A DNA stretch of 64,000 nucleotides, taken from the NCBI GenBank assembly GCA_964016885.1, contig OZ024740.1, positions 350,300,001 to 350,364,000 on the forward strand, written 5' to 3'. Origin of the DNA: Eledone cirrhosa. Taxonomy: Eukaryota. Position numbers and translations under genes: made by a program. A model generated the notes under the pieces. That model saw only the letters and a list, made by a program, of their open reading frames with translations, had not been told where the DNA came from and made no database searches. This document shows positions 43,309 to 56,799 of this stretch, in pieces (positions within the stretch are counted from its first letter, which is position 1; each line of letters begins with the position of its first letter).

Positions 43309-43385
43309 CAGGGTGTCCCCAAAAATGTATACGCATTTATTTGAATGCTGTTGAAGTATGTATACATTTTATGGGACACCCGCTG
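43309..43385. mobile_element. Tc1/mariner-type MITE (~77 bp)
   Basis: TIRs CAGGGTGTCCCCAAAAATGTATAC / GTATACATTTTATGGGACACCC(G)CTG, preceded by TA. Confidence 0.7.
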
Positions 43386-43409
43386 TGTATGTGTGTGTGT
43401 GTCTGTGTG

Positions 43410-43443
<34 letters not shown>

Positions 43444-44213
43444 AAAAGTGGGAGAGAGAAAGTGAGAAAGAGATATGTATGTATGAATCCAGTTCTTGGT
43501 GTTTCAAGCTTGGAAGGTATGTTGGCAGGTGTGTCTACAACTCAGCGATCTACACACATTTATAGGTTTGATAGCATTCAATGACTTGTCCAGATGCACT
43601 TGTGTCGCTCGATGGGGAATCTGTTGGTGAATATATTGTACATACATGTAACCGACGAGGAAGAGAGATTATATATTTATATAAAGGTGCGCCTGCGCGT
43701 GTTTGTGCACGTTTGCGTGCGTATGTATATGTAGGCGCGTGCTTATGCGTGTGTGCATGTGTGTATTCATGTGTGTATTGGTATGAGTATGTGTGCTTAT
43801 TACCCGGACCCTTTCGCTGCAATTCCCATCAACATCATGTATTTCACATGGGATTTTTAGGTTATTTATTTAACACAATCAGTCAATTTCCTTTACTGAT
43901 TGACTGACACCTGTGGTGAATAAACATAGACAGGAACAGTTCCTGAACAACTGCCCCGTTTCCTTCTACAACATAGTAAAGGAAGCAGCAACGCCTAAAA
44001 GTTACTTTCTTCGCTACACACACACATACACACACACACATACATGTATGCATACATATAATCATACATGCATACACAGACACAAACATACACATACATA
44101 CACACACATATATATATATATACACACACGCACACACACATATATATATATACAAATATATTACACAGAGAGAAGTGTGTTCCGCTAATTCCGAATACTC
44201 TAATTCCGATCCT

Positions 44214-44259
<46 letters not shown>

Positions 44260-44260
<1 letters not shown>

Positions 44261-47200
44261 GATGGCTGCCCCCTCGTTATCGAGTATGGCCATTGCACGA
44301 GGAGAAAAAAAATAAAATATATATATATATATATACATACACATACAATACACACACACACACATATATACACACACACACATACATTAATAACAATAAT
44401 AATAATAATAATAATAACAATAATAATAACGACAACAACAATAATAATATACATATACATATATATATACACATACACGCACACACATAAACATATCTAT
44501 ACACACACACACACGATAGCAACTAACAGCGCTGCGATCGAATGTGGCTTTTTAGCCCAGCCAATGATCTAAAATGTCTTGCACAGAGTCGGCAACCAAA
44601 ACATTCACTGGGAATAGTCGGCTGTGGTTGGAGTTCGTGTACTTTTGCATGTCGCTTGAGCCCTCCTGCTGATTTACATTCTCTACCACATGTTTGGCAA
44701 GCATGATGAGTAGCATCTCCAACAGCAGCCTGGTAGTCAACCACTGGTCTTACTTTATGACTGCGAAGATGACTTTCGAGTCCAGCTTTGCTTAGGCAGA
44801 GTCTCGCACAGACGCTGCATGTCAGCACCATAGGAGGACCCTCGCCGTCTGGAAGTGCAACAGCAATGCCCTTCCTCACATCCCGCTTTACTTTCTCGTA
44901 TGCGATTCGAGATGCCTCAAAGGCAACTTTTCCCTCATATACAGTCTTTCTCCATTTATTACGATCAGCAGCAATATTTTCCAATGTATCAGCAGAGATG
45001 TTAGCGTCTTTCAGAGAGGCTTTCAAGGGATCCTTATACCCCTTTTTTGGTTTATGTAGCGGTCGTTTTCCTTTAACCAACTCTCCATAAAAGAGTTGTT
45101 TTGGTATTCTAGAATCCTTCATCCTGGCAAGATGACCACTCCAGCGGAGTCGTTGCTTAAGCACAAGAGCTTCTATACTGTCACACATAGAGCTTTCCAA
45201 AATCTCGACATCACTGATGTGGTCCCTCCAGTGAACGCCATGGATCCGTCTGAGACACATCTGATGGAAACGCTCCAATTGCTTAAGGTGGTGTCGATAT
45301 GTGACCCAGGTCTCGCAGGCATAAAGAAGACAAGAGAGCACACATGCCCTGTACACCTTTACCTTTGTCCTCTTGCATATGTCTCGCCGACCCCAGAGTC
45401 GCCTTTCTAGCTTTCCGAAAGCATCACTTGCTTTCCTAATCCTAAGTGAGATTTAACTGTCAAGGTTGCTGTATCGATTGACAGTGCTTCCCAGGTAGAC
45501 AAACTGATCAACCACTCCAAGTCGTTTGCCATACACATAGATGTTTGGTTCAGTGTACTGCTTACCAGGGGCAGGTTGGTACATGACCACGGTTTTCTTG
45601 AGACTTACAGTCAATCCTAGGGCAGGGCAAGCGTCAGAAAATGCATTCAAAATGTGCTGCATATCACTCTCTGTGTGCGCTACAAGATCGCAATCATCTG
45701 CATACAAGAGGTATATACTTTTGTCTTCGCAGCAAAGCGCCTGATGTTAAATATGCTGCCTGAGGTTCGATATCGGATGTAAACACCATGCTCGCAATTC
45801 CTGAATGCAATACAGAAAACCATTGCAAAGTAAATGGCAAACAGGGTCGGTGCTGGAATATCCCCCTGTTTCACACCATTTTTTACTGAGATAGGCTCCG
45901 ACATGTTACCTCCGACATTAACTCAAGCCTTCATGTCGTCATGGAAAGACCTAACTAAGGCAAGGAACTTATCAGGGCAACCAAGTTTCTGGAAACCTTC
46001 CATAATGCATCTCTGTTAACAGTATCGAAAGCTTTTGTCAGATCGACAAAAACCTGATACAGATCCAAGCCTTGTTCCATGCACTTCTCCTGGAGCTGTC
46101 TAGCTGAAAAGATCATATCAGTAGAGCCGCGTCCAGCACGAAAACCAGATTGACTTTCAGGAAGAACACAATCTGCAATGTGTGTCAGCAGACAGTCCAG
46201 AAGCACCCTACATAAAACTTTCCCTACGACAGAAAGCAATGATATACCTCTGTAGTTCCCACAATCATTCCTGTTACCCTTTCCCTTGTACAAGACCACC
46301 ATTACTGCATCTCTCCAGTCCTCAGGTACGGATTCATTAGCCCATATCCTGCCAAACAAAGAGTGAAGATGTTCCAGGAGTCTCTCACCACCACATTGTA
46401 GGAGCTCAGCATGTATGCCATCCATACCTGGAGATCTTCCACTGTTCAGCTTCGAAATAGCCACTGCAACCTCCACAAGCGTCGGAGGTTCTGCGAGAGC
46501 TACTTTCACAGGACTTTCTGGAATGAGATTGAGGAAATCTTCACTGACGATGGACGGCTGATTCAAAAGATCATCAAAGTGCTCTCGCCACCTTCGTAGA
46601 ATTCCTTGTGAGTCACGAAGAAGTTCTTTGCCATCCTTGCTGCGAAGCGGTGTCACCAGAGAAGAAGACGGTCCATAAACCTCACGCAAGAGACTGTACA
46701 ATAGCTTTGTGTTATTGGAATCTGACGCAGTTTGTATCTCACCAGCCTTCTCACTCCACCAGTGATCCTTCATCTGAGAAAGACTCCGCCTAACACGTGA
46801 TTTTACATCCCTGAGTTCCTCAAGACCAATTCAAGACCACATGGATGCATCCTGCATCTAAGGAATGGCATCTTTTGGACTACGTCCTAGTCAGGATGCG
46901 TGACAGACAGGATGTGCAGTGTGTTCGTGCTCTTCGTGGAGCTGAGTGCTGGACGGACCACCGCCTGGTACGCGCAAAAGTAAAACTAATCACTAAACGT
47001 AAAATCCCGGCTCCTGGTGTTGCTCTGCCCAAAAGATTGAATGCTGCTCGTCTTAAGGATAAAAATGTGAAGAGGACATTGGAAGAAGAGATGCAGGCTG
47101 CAGATCTTGGTGAGGATTGGCCGACCCTTCAAAAGTCGGTTTATGATGTAGGCAGGCGTGTTCTGGGATTGGCGCAGAGGAAACATCAGGACTGGTTTAA

Positions 47201-47298
47201 TGAGAATGATGTACATATAGAAAACTTGTTGGCTGATAAGAGGCGTGCTCTGTCACGCTACTTGACGGCAAAACCACAGGAGAGGAATACGTTGCATG
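44260..47298 (-). mobile_element. RTE-clade LINE with three C-terminal C2H2 fingers and 5' inversion
   Basis: Minus: SPGMDGI, NYRGISLLS, QSGFR, DLTKAFD, GVKQGD..APTLF, YADD, LLYACETW, RLRWSGH, 3x CxxC..H (44523-46820). Plus 46830-47298: APE C-terminus HLLDYVLVR, TDHRLV. 3' terminus at 44260-44305, separated by microsatellites. Confidence 0.92.
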
Positions 47299-47345
47299 AC
47301 ATACATACATACATACATACATACATACATACATACATACATACA

Positions 47346-47378
<33 letters not shown>

Positions 47379-47518
47379 GTATGTGTGTGTTTGTAAAAGG
47401 TAAACAGAAATAATAACACAATCGGTCCAGTATATGGAATATATTAGGTTAACGCTTGAAATAGCAGGAAGAGGGTCTTGACGTTTCGGACGCCAGTCAT
47501 GTGTATGTGTGTGTGTGT

Positions 47519-47638
<120 letters not shown>

Positions 47639-47887
47639 GTATGTGTGTTTGTGTTTGTTCAAATTCCTTTCTGGTCACCTTATAGAGTAAAAAAAGCGAC
47701 GCTTACCATATTTATATTTATATATAAATATATAGTTGTGTATGCATGTACACACACATACATGTATATATACACAAACATATACACACACATACATGTA
47801 TATATATATATATATTCTTCTATATACACATACTCGAATACGTATCATATGTGTGCATATATGCATGTATGTGTGTATGTATGTATG

Positions 47888-49304
47888 TTCTTCTGGTTTT
47901 ATAATTGCACACATTTTTGCCAATAGAGGGAGAGTCGGTCTCTAACATAGATACAAGACTCTCTCATTGGAATTTACACAACATCAACTAGGTAGATATG
48001 TCTGCATGTCTGCATGCATGTGTATGCAGGTATGGATGTTATTGTATGTGTGGATTTGTATGTTTTGAGTTGTATGTGTGCATGTGCATGTGCATATGCT
48101 TTGTATCTGTAGAAGTATGTATGCAATTATTAGATGCAGAATTTTTGGAATGTTTTACATATTTTTACTTGCAATTTCCTAACTAGTCGTGTTCTTTCTG
48201 TTTGTGTGAAACCCAGCTTCTCAAGATTTGTATTCAGGCAGTTACTAACATATCCCAGTGCCCCAATAATCACAGGTGTAAATCTGAAGATATGGTGAGG
48301 GTGGAGTATCTGTAGATTTCTCATTTGTTCTGCATAGATATTCTCCTTTTCGCTAATCCTTTATATTGTATTGGCCACTACTGTGCATGCCTTCTTTTCC
48401 CTGTCCCATGTAATTATATCAGGTCTGTTATGCCTGCATTTTATTGGGGTTTTTACTCGAACATTCCACCAGTACTCTTTCATATTATCTATGTGTATGT
48501 CTTCCAGATTGCTGTAGCTTTTAATATGTTTATTATCGGGGCTATCTTTTCTACGGATTGCATTGTACAGTGTTTTGGCCACTACATCATGCCTCATAGG
48601 TAGATAGTACTGCGATAACACCTTTGGACGGCTGCGTATGACATGGGTGACATCTTCGATCTTAATTCTGCAGAGTCTGCACTTCTAGGTGTTTTGCCTG
48701 CATCCCTATCTTTTTTGTGAATCAGGTATTTTGTGTTGATTTCCTATTCTTGGTTTGCAAATGAATAAGATGGGAGCCAATATAGTGGTTTTTGTTCCAA
48801 GATAGACTACTTTACTTATCTATATTACTCTCACTCTGGACCTTCCTGGAAACATATCCATGCATGCATTTTTGCTGATAAGCATGCAATTATTTATACA
48901 TGGATTCGCTGCGGTACTGGTGGGCAATTTCGCTGGGTGTGTGTTTTTGATTATCAAGCAAGGAGTATCTTTCAAGGAGTTCCTTCCCATCTCTCATGAT
49001 CTTATCTGTCTCATGCAGATAGACTTGCTCAATGGATGGGCTCCTACGATTGGAGGTTCGTAAATGTTGTCGGAGGGATATGATGCGACACTCAAATGCT
49101 GTCTGGACTGATGTTAGGCCTCTGCCTCCCTGCTTACGTTTCAAGTAGAGGCGGTCTATGTCACTGTTGATGTGGAAGTTTCTGTTGTTGTTTAGGATTT
49201 TTCGAGTTTTAACATCAGTTACTCGGATTTCATCTATTGTCCAACTGAATATTCCAAACGTTGGTATTAAGACAGACACAGCAAACACATTGTGAGCCAC
49301 TGTT
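47888..49304 (-). mobile_element. R4/Dong copy 2 (same family as 31.3 kb), 5'-truncated, in (CATA)n
   Basis: [35 protein letters not shown]; (TATG)n on both sides. Confidence 0.9.
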
Positions 49305-49376
49305 GTATGTATGTATGTATGTATGTATGTATGTATGTATGTATGTATGTATGTATGTATGTATGTATGTATGTAT

Positions 49377-49464
49377 GTTATGGTCAGGTCACCAGTTGGT
49401 GCTACTGGTAACATGTATCCCAGTACAACCTGTCTCATAATCGGGTCGTTGGCGACTAAACTGG
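49377..49464 (+). ncRNA. HDV-like ribozyme candidate at the element's 5' end
   Basis: P1 GTTATG/CATAAT, P2 CCAGT/ACTGG, GG, P4 TCG TTGG CGA, J4/2 CTAA; P3/L3 imperfect. Confidence 0.5.
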
Positions 49465-49992
49465 CAACCCCACCAAGGTTTCTTGGTGAGGAGGGTGACT
49501 TTGGACATCCTGCAGGACTAAAAACAAAACCTGGAAAAGGGCAAAGGAGCTCTTAAGAGTCAATGGCCATCCAAAAATCACCGGGAGAGATGACCCCTTA
49601 GCCTTTGTCAAGGCAGAATTCTAGGAGAAGGAAAACTCTGATATAACACCTGCAACCCTGATGGTATCCAATGATGTTGACTTGTTCTTCTTTTTGGTAA
49701 ATATCATCTTGGTTAAGTGAGTGGGACTGGCTTTGTGCATTGCCTTTGCTCACTATAAAAGCGTCACGGCACAGGTATTTCTTTATATCTGGAGATCTCT
49801 CTGCACTTGTCGTCACATGGTACCATGGGCCCAGCACTATGTGTCAATAATTGTCACAAGTGTAGTGTTTGTACCAAAGTTTTCAAGTCGCTGGCTGGAC
49901 TAAAAAGTCACACTCGTTCAGCGCATCGGTAGGGGTTCTCCTACATGGATATAAAGTAGTGGCCGTACTCGAAAACGAGTTGGCAGCTACCA
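49377..49992 (+). mobile_element. Internally deleted (bipartite) RTE derivative: 5' UTR-like part + terminal zinc finger + 3' end, (ATGT)n tail
   Basis: Ends HKCSVCTKVFKSLAGLKSHTRSAHR* (cf. SLAGLKSHIRS at 44.5 kb); 3' GGCCGTACTCGAAAACGAG..GGCAGC.ACCATGTA matches 44258-44290 reversed. Confidence 0.7.
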
Positions 49993-50066
49993 TGTATGTA
50001 TGTATGTATGTATGTATGTATGTATGTATGTATGTATGTATGTATGTATGTATGTATGTATGTATG

Positions 50067-51117
50067 TTCTTCTGGTTTTATAATTTCACAAATTTTTACC
50101 AATAGAAAGAGAGTCGGTTTCTAACATAGACACAAGACTCTCCCATTGGAATTTACACAACATCAACTAGGTAGATTATGTATGCATGTCTACATGTGTA
50201 TATATGGATGTTATTGTATGTGTGGATGTGTATGTTTTGAGTTGTATGTGTGCATGTGTATATGCTGTGTATCTGTACATGTGTATATGCAGTTATTAGA
50301 TGCAAAATGTCTGGAATGTTTTACATATTTTTGCTGTTCCATTAATGGATCGTACTTGTAATTTCCTAACTAGTTGTGTTCTTTCTGTTCCTGTGAGGCC
50401 TAGCTTCTCAAGATTTGTATTGAGGCAGTTACTAACATACCCCAGTGCCCCAATAATCACAGGCATAAATCTGAAGGTGTAATCAGGGTGGAGTATCTGC
50501 AGATTTCTCATCAGTTCTGCATAAATAATCTCCTTTTCGTGAGCCACTGTTTCGTTTTGCGCAGAGAGTTCCGATGACCAGATCTTTCTTAATCAGGTGT
50601 AGTATTCTCTGGTTACGCGTTCTTTATTACAGATACCATTATAGGATATGTTCTCATCTATCCCCAGGTATTTGTAGCAGTCCTCATCAGATATCGGTGA
50701 AACAGTTAGGCCATTGATGGCAATGTTGCTAGATTGGGTTGTTGTTTTTCCCCGCTTTACAGTCATGTATGAGCATTTATCTTGGCCAAACTCCATTCCT
50801 ATATCCTTTGAGAACGTTGTAACCAGGTCAAGATTTTTCTTCATCCCATCCATGTTCTTGGCATAGAGTTTCAGATCGTCCACAAAGAAATTATGGGTTA
50901 GGTTCGTATTTCTGTCCTCCTGTGAGCCAATGATGTACCCCTCATATTTCTTGAGCAGAAAGGACAAGGGGTTTAATGACAGGTTGAATAAAATCACAGA
51001 GAGACTGTCTCCCTGAAATATACCTCTGCAATATTTTATTCTATCAGTGAAAATAGAGTCTTCCCTCTCTGTCTTTAACCTTAGGATAGTAGCCCAAGAA
51101 GAAGGCAGCCTCTCTAT
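50067..51117 (-). mobile_element. R4/Dong copy 3, 5'-truncated with ~1-kb internal deletion, in (CATA)n
   Basis: GIFQGDSL, FVDDLKLYA, YKYLGI, then TVAH joined to EKEIIYAEL; (TATG)n at 49993-50066 and 51116-51210. Confidence 0.9.
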
Positions 51118-51849
51118 GTATGTATGTATGTATGTATGTATGTATGTATGTATGTATGTATGTATGTATGTATGTATGTATGTATGTATGTATGTATGTA
51201 TGTATGTATGAACGTCTGTATTTATTCGTGTGTGTATGTATAGTCATTTGATCATTTGATGAATCCACACGCTCTACTTATTTCATCGGTTCTACATGCT
51301 TGAAAAACAAACATTTTGCCATTTCTATTAAACATGTTACACTTCTATTGAACTTCCCTCATTCTTTTGCTTTAATGAGTGAAATACTTATGGGTTTGAT
51401 ATTCCAGAAATGGAAGCTAGATCTCCCTCAAATGAAATATCACTCACTTTGAAATGAACATCTACGGTACATTAACCCTAGATATATTACAATACCTTTC
51501 AGTAGGCCAATGATCAAAAGCCACGACTAGAAGACTGTTAGCTACAGACCGGCTAAACTAGAACTGCGATATTAATACTACCACTATTAGTCTCAACAAC
51601 ACACTACAAACCATCGAGCGTGTCTCTAAGAGGTCACTCAAACGACTATAGATAGCAGCTAAATGCCACTCAAATCACATTCTACTCTTTACAGAAATGA
51701 CACATTAGATGACATAGTTGGAGGTACACTATTATTGAGAGAGAAAGAGAGAGAGAGAGTAGGAGAGTGAGTGATATATATATATATATCTTTATGAAGG
51801 TGCGGTGGTAGCGGTGGTGGCGGTGTGTTCAACAGGCCAGGATTCAATT

Positions 51850-52720
51850 GAATTCACTTGGTTAAAAATAGGAAATTCTCTTACCATTCATAGTAATGGT
51901 CCAGATCCCAATGTTGGTGTGTGGGTATTACGGTGGGGTTCAATTAATCAAAAGGCCTCTGTTTGGGGTGTGTGAAGGAAACTGAAAAAAGTTAAGGGTG
52001 GAAATAAAGTTTTTCTTTTATCTAGTGGTATGTGTGTGTGTGTGTGTGTGTGTGTAGGGGTGGGGGAGTCCTTGGAGTTATGTGAATTGGATGTTGATGT
52101 TAAGGTTAGTAATCATATATATTTAATTCTGTGAGTGTAGCGTGGTTTTCCTGTCATAAAATAAATTAATTATCCAGGTACCTTTTCCAGTTGTTTTTAG
52201 TTGTCTGGAAAATGTGTCTCCAAATAGTAATAAAAATTGGCTGTAAATATTTTGTTCATGGAATCCCATGACTAAACTGGCGTATATAGGGCTACTTTCG
52301 TACCCATTGCGTTTCCTGATATTTTTCGGTACGCAGATCCATTGAACAAAAAGTAATTGCTATTTTATGATTTCGAATCCATCAAGGATGAAGTCGTTTT
52401 TAATGCGTGTCGTTAATTCAGATTGGCGTGTGGCTAGCCTATATTTCATTGTAGTTATTCCATAGTCATGCAGCACGTTCGTGTATAAGTTTACAATGTC
52501 AAAGGAAACAAAAATTGTGTGCTAGCTTACTGCTTTGGGGAGATGATTTAGCACCTCTAGATCATCTCGTATGTAGATCTGCACATGTTTTAGGCAGGGC
52601 TTTAAAAGGATGTCCAGAAAATTACTCAGTCTGTGTGTTTCACAAGCAGGGCCTGCTTATAATCGAGTTGAGTTTTATATCATTAGGAAGTGTTAACTGA
52701 ATATATTTGGTTGTCTAGAT
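51850..52720 (-). mobile_element. Highly degraded Neptune-like PLE RT
   Basis: Minus strand SFDIVNLYTNV, NYFLFNG, SGNAMGTKVAPIYASLVMG. Confidence 0.7.
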
Positions 52721-53708
52721 TGACAAGCGTCAATTATCCGTTTGCATTTGTATAGTTACGGGAGGCTATAGAATATGCTAGCTTAGCATTTGAAGTGACT
52801 TGTGCAATCATATCAACGTGAGACACGATGGTTATTGTTCTAATGCTTTTATTCTGAGATCTCCATGAACAGACTTCATGTGGAGCTGAACAATGACAAT
52901 AATTAGAAGCAAAATCTCTCCCAAATTCCACATTAACACCTTTATGAAGGAACAAATTGGACAATGCAGCGCTAAATACTGTGATATTTCTTATATTTGA
53001 ATATAAGATAGGTTCGTCACTGGTGGGGCGTCATTGCTAATCGTTTTTTTTTTTTTTAACATGGCTTACCCAGGATTAAATAACTGCAAATAACAACATC
53101 AACAACAATTAATATTATTCCGCGTGAGTGTGTGTGGGGTGTGTGTGTGTGTGTGTGTGTGGGGGGGGGGGGGTTAGGTTTATATTTAATATGTATTATA
53201 TATAACGTCCAACAGTTACGGGGGGAGTGGCTCAATGAATAAACTAGAGCATTATAAATTCATAAATGGAAGAAGCCATTGAACTAAATTCAGAAGAATT
53301 ATCTATACTGACTTCACATACTCCTACTGCAGTTTTCTAATGCAAAGATTAATATCAGCCGTCTTAACATGCCAGGGCATCTAACACGGAAGAACAATAA
53401 GCGAAAAAAAATCTTCAAGTGGCCGCAATATATGTGTTTTTGCAGATGAGAAAACATCAAATGCTTAGAGATTTTGGTTTTGCACTACAAAACTAGTAAA
53501 TGAGTTTATTCATCAAAACAGTTTAAGGGCATTATATCCTTCCCGCCGAGGTTAACTTTGCCTTTCATCCATACGGGGTCGATAAAATAAAGTACAAGTA
53601 ATACACTGGAATATTTTGCTGGCCTTGTGCTAAAAGTAGAAACAATTATATCCAATAATACATATACGCACACACATACACATACATACATCTATCCATC
53701 CATAATTG

Positions 53709-53767
<59 letters not shown>

Positions 53768-53854
53768 TATATAAAGTATGTATGCTCCAAACATACTTTT
53801 TTCGTTTACATATCAATATTAAGTTATAGCCTCTAAAAGTAACGAAAAATGCTT

Positions 53855-53940
53855 GGATGGTTAATGACGTAATGGTAGTGTACTCGTCCGGCAAGCGAGA
53901 GCTGTGGGTTCGACTCCTATGTGCGCTGATACCCATCTTA
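53855..53940 (+). other. tRNA-like SINE head or tRNA pseudogene
   Basis: TGACGTAATGGTAG (A-box-like), CTCG..CGAG arm, GGGTTCGACTCC B-box; no convincing acceptor stem. Confidence 0.45.
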
Positions 53941-54061
53941 TTCTGTTCAGTGGGTTTATACGCCTCATTATTAGACTATGTTATATGGTCAATGTTACGG
54001 CGCAGCTTCTATTTCAATTCCCTTTCTCTCTCTCTTTATATATATATGTATATATATATAT

Positions 54062-54513
54062 AAGACCTGAAAATCCGCCTCTTCATTGCTGTAGTGGAGT
54101 CTGTGCTGCTGTACGGGTCTGAGACATGGACACTGACCAAGAAACTCACTCAGATGGTGGATGGGTGCTACACGAGAATGCTGAGGATGGCTCTGAGCAT
54201 TAATCAGTATACACTGAGGATGAAAAACTCAGAGCTGTATGGGAGCCTCCCAAAAGTCAGCTCAAAAGTGACACAGAGGAGATTGAGGTTAGCTGGACAT
54301 GCTCACCAACATCCAGAGTTGACATTGCACTCTGTGCTCCTGTGGGAGCCCCTACATGGACACACTGGAAGAGGAAGACCAAGGTTAGCGTATGTTGATG
54401 CCATAAGGACAGACACTTGTCTGTTGGAGACGTAGGACATGGCAGCGATAATGAGGGACCGAGACCGCTGGAGAGAACTCGCCCATGGATCTCGGGAATT
54501 TTACCCGCCCTAG
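54062..54513 (+). mobile_element. 3' fragment of RTE/RTEX-like LINE between (TA)n runs
   Basis: ESVLLYGSETW, RMLR, RRLRLAGH, LLWEP..GRGRP (ORF 54094-54435). Confidence 0.8.
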
Positions 54514-54525
54514 ATATATATATAT

Positions 54526-54728
54526 ATTTGAAAAAAGGAAAAGAATGACTTCACTTGTTGTTCTAAACAATTGATTTAATTTTATAATATTATGATTTGG
54601 TTTATTTACTAGATCTACCAAATCATAATAATATAAAATTAAATCAATTGTTTAGAACCACAAGTGAAGTCATTCTTTTCCTTTTTTCAAATGTACCTAA
54701 CTGTACCAAGGATGTCACATTTTCCAAT
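54526..54728. repeat. ~75-bp-arm inverted repeat between (TA)n runs
   Basis: TTTGAAAAAAGGAAAAGAATGACTTCACTTG...ATGATTTGG and its reverse complement at 54618-54692. Confidence 0.85.
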
Positions 54729-54792
54729 ATATATATATATATTATATATAAAATATTAATAAATGAAGACGTTCACATAATCAAAATGTATG

Positions 54793-54853
54793 TTTTATTA
54801 TATATATTTCGGAGGTACTGTGCTGTTTTTTCAGTACGTCTCATCAGATAAAA
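54793..54853 (-). ncRNA. Type I HHR, same type as 17637-17702
   Basis: Minus strand: TTTTAT-CTGATGA-GACGTACTG...CAGTACCTCC-GAAA-TATATA-TA-ATAAAA. Confidence 0.62.
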
Positions 54854-56730
54854 TATATGAATTGATGTATGACATACCTCAACTGTCTTGATTGTCAATT
54901 CCAGTATTGGCAGTGATTTATTACAACAAATCTCAATATTTATATACACGAATAATAACATGATAAATTTAAATATGATGAAGAAGAGGATGTGGAGCGA
55001 GATATAAGTATAAGGAGGGGGTGAGAATGAGAAAATGTAAGAATAAATAAATAAACACATACGTACATAAATATTTAAATATTTAAATGTGTAAATATCT
55101 GTGTTAGGGGAAAAAAGGAAGAGAGGGAGAGATAGAAGAGAAGGAAGAAGAAGAGAGAAAAAAGAAGACAAGATAGAAGAAGGAGAGAGAGAGAGATAGG
55201 AGAGTGAAGAGGGAAGACGAAACTGCAAAAAGGAAAGAATGAAAGAAAGAAAGAAGAAAGGGACATGATGCGTGGCCGTTGTTTTCAAATATTAAGTCAC
55301 ATAGAACCAACCAATTAAATACCGTGAAATTTTTAATATCTTTTGTATTTGGCTATGTTTGAGCTAATTATACTAATATATTATATCAAAATTAAACAAT
55401 ATAAAAATATTTTCTATAATAATCAGAAGCATAGTGCAATTAATTAATATATTCAATATTTTGTTACAAAATTCAAAAACCAAAAACATTTTTACCTATC
55501 AAGCAAGTTTACAAACATATTAAATATTTATAAGGATATTTACCACACTTTATCCGCATATCACCATCAGTATATGCATTTTATATAATGTTTAGAATTA
55601 TTATCTGAATTATTCTTTTTACATTATAAACTGTTGTCATTTACTTTTAGGATTAATAAGTAGTTATATTTACTCTTGAAAGTATTATTATTTCGATTTT
55701 AATTCCGTAAGTATATCATAATATCATATTATATGTAGTTTCCCTTTAAGGATTAATATTATAAATCATGTTAAATATACATTATTAATTCATTTGGATA
55801 GAACGGAAATTATTTACGAAGAATAATTGATTATTTATATTAACTAAGTGCTTTGAAAGCCAGAAGATACATCAAACCGCAAATTCAGAAAATTCTAGTT
55901 ATACAATGACCATTCTAAAACCGAACTTAGGATAGTGACTCACATCATGAGATTAATTTACTATATAAAAACCGATATACAATTTTTAAGGTAAGGCAAA
56001 ACATTATACATATAATAATAATAATAATTCAAGAATTATTAATAATAGTCAATATTTTTTTCCTTCTTAGTCAGTATTTTTTCTAAATTTGTATGATGCT
56101 TGAAATATCTTTTCAGATTTATGGAGACAAGTTGCAAATAATTCATTCTTTTTATTAATTAAATTATCATAATTGGTAATTATTAATAGAGTTTCTAAAT
56201 TGCAAAGATTGCAGTTTGGTGAAATGGAAGCGTTCCGATAGGAATCAGAAATTCCTAAGTTTACACCAAGAAATTGAGTATTTAAAATTTTTCTCTTTTA
56301 CAGATCATATTAATTGTGATAATGAAGTAGAACATTTTTTATCTGGATTTGAGAAAGAATGTTTATGATTGGAAAAGCGAAACTTAAAGTTCGAAGAAGT
56401 GGCACCTATGTAGTTATAAGTATTATTGAGTTGACTTTGCCTTTCATCCTTACGGGGTCGATAAAATAAAGTACCAGTAATACACTAGGTAATTGCTGGC
56501 CTTGTGCCTAACGTAGAAACAATTATTATTTGTCTTAATATACAAAATTCTTATCAAGGCAATTATTTTGTAAAGGACATTCAGATTTCCTTCTACTGTT
56601 ACAGTTCAATTCCGTGTTATTTCTATAGCCTAAACTATTCGTATTATCATTGTTATTATTTCTAGGTGTTCTACTATTATTCGTATTTAAACTAATGTTA
56701 TTCCCATTAACTACTGTATTATTATTATTA

Positions 56731-56792
<62 letters not shown>

Positions 56793-56799
56793 GTTATTA

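Noticed and set aside
47470-47500. GTCCGAAACGTC half-hammerhead (minus strand); similar fragment at 41071-41100
   Set aside because: CUGANGA half missing; possible truncated pLTR relic but unsupported
53855-53940. Functional tRNA gene
   Set aside because: Acceptor stem and D arm do not form; more likely a SINE head
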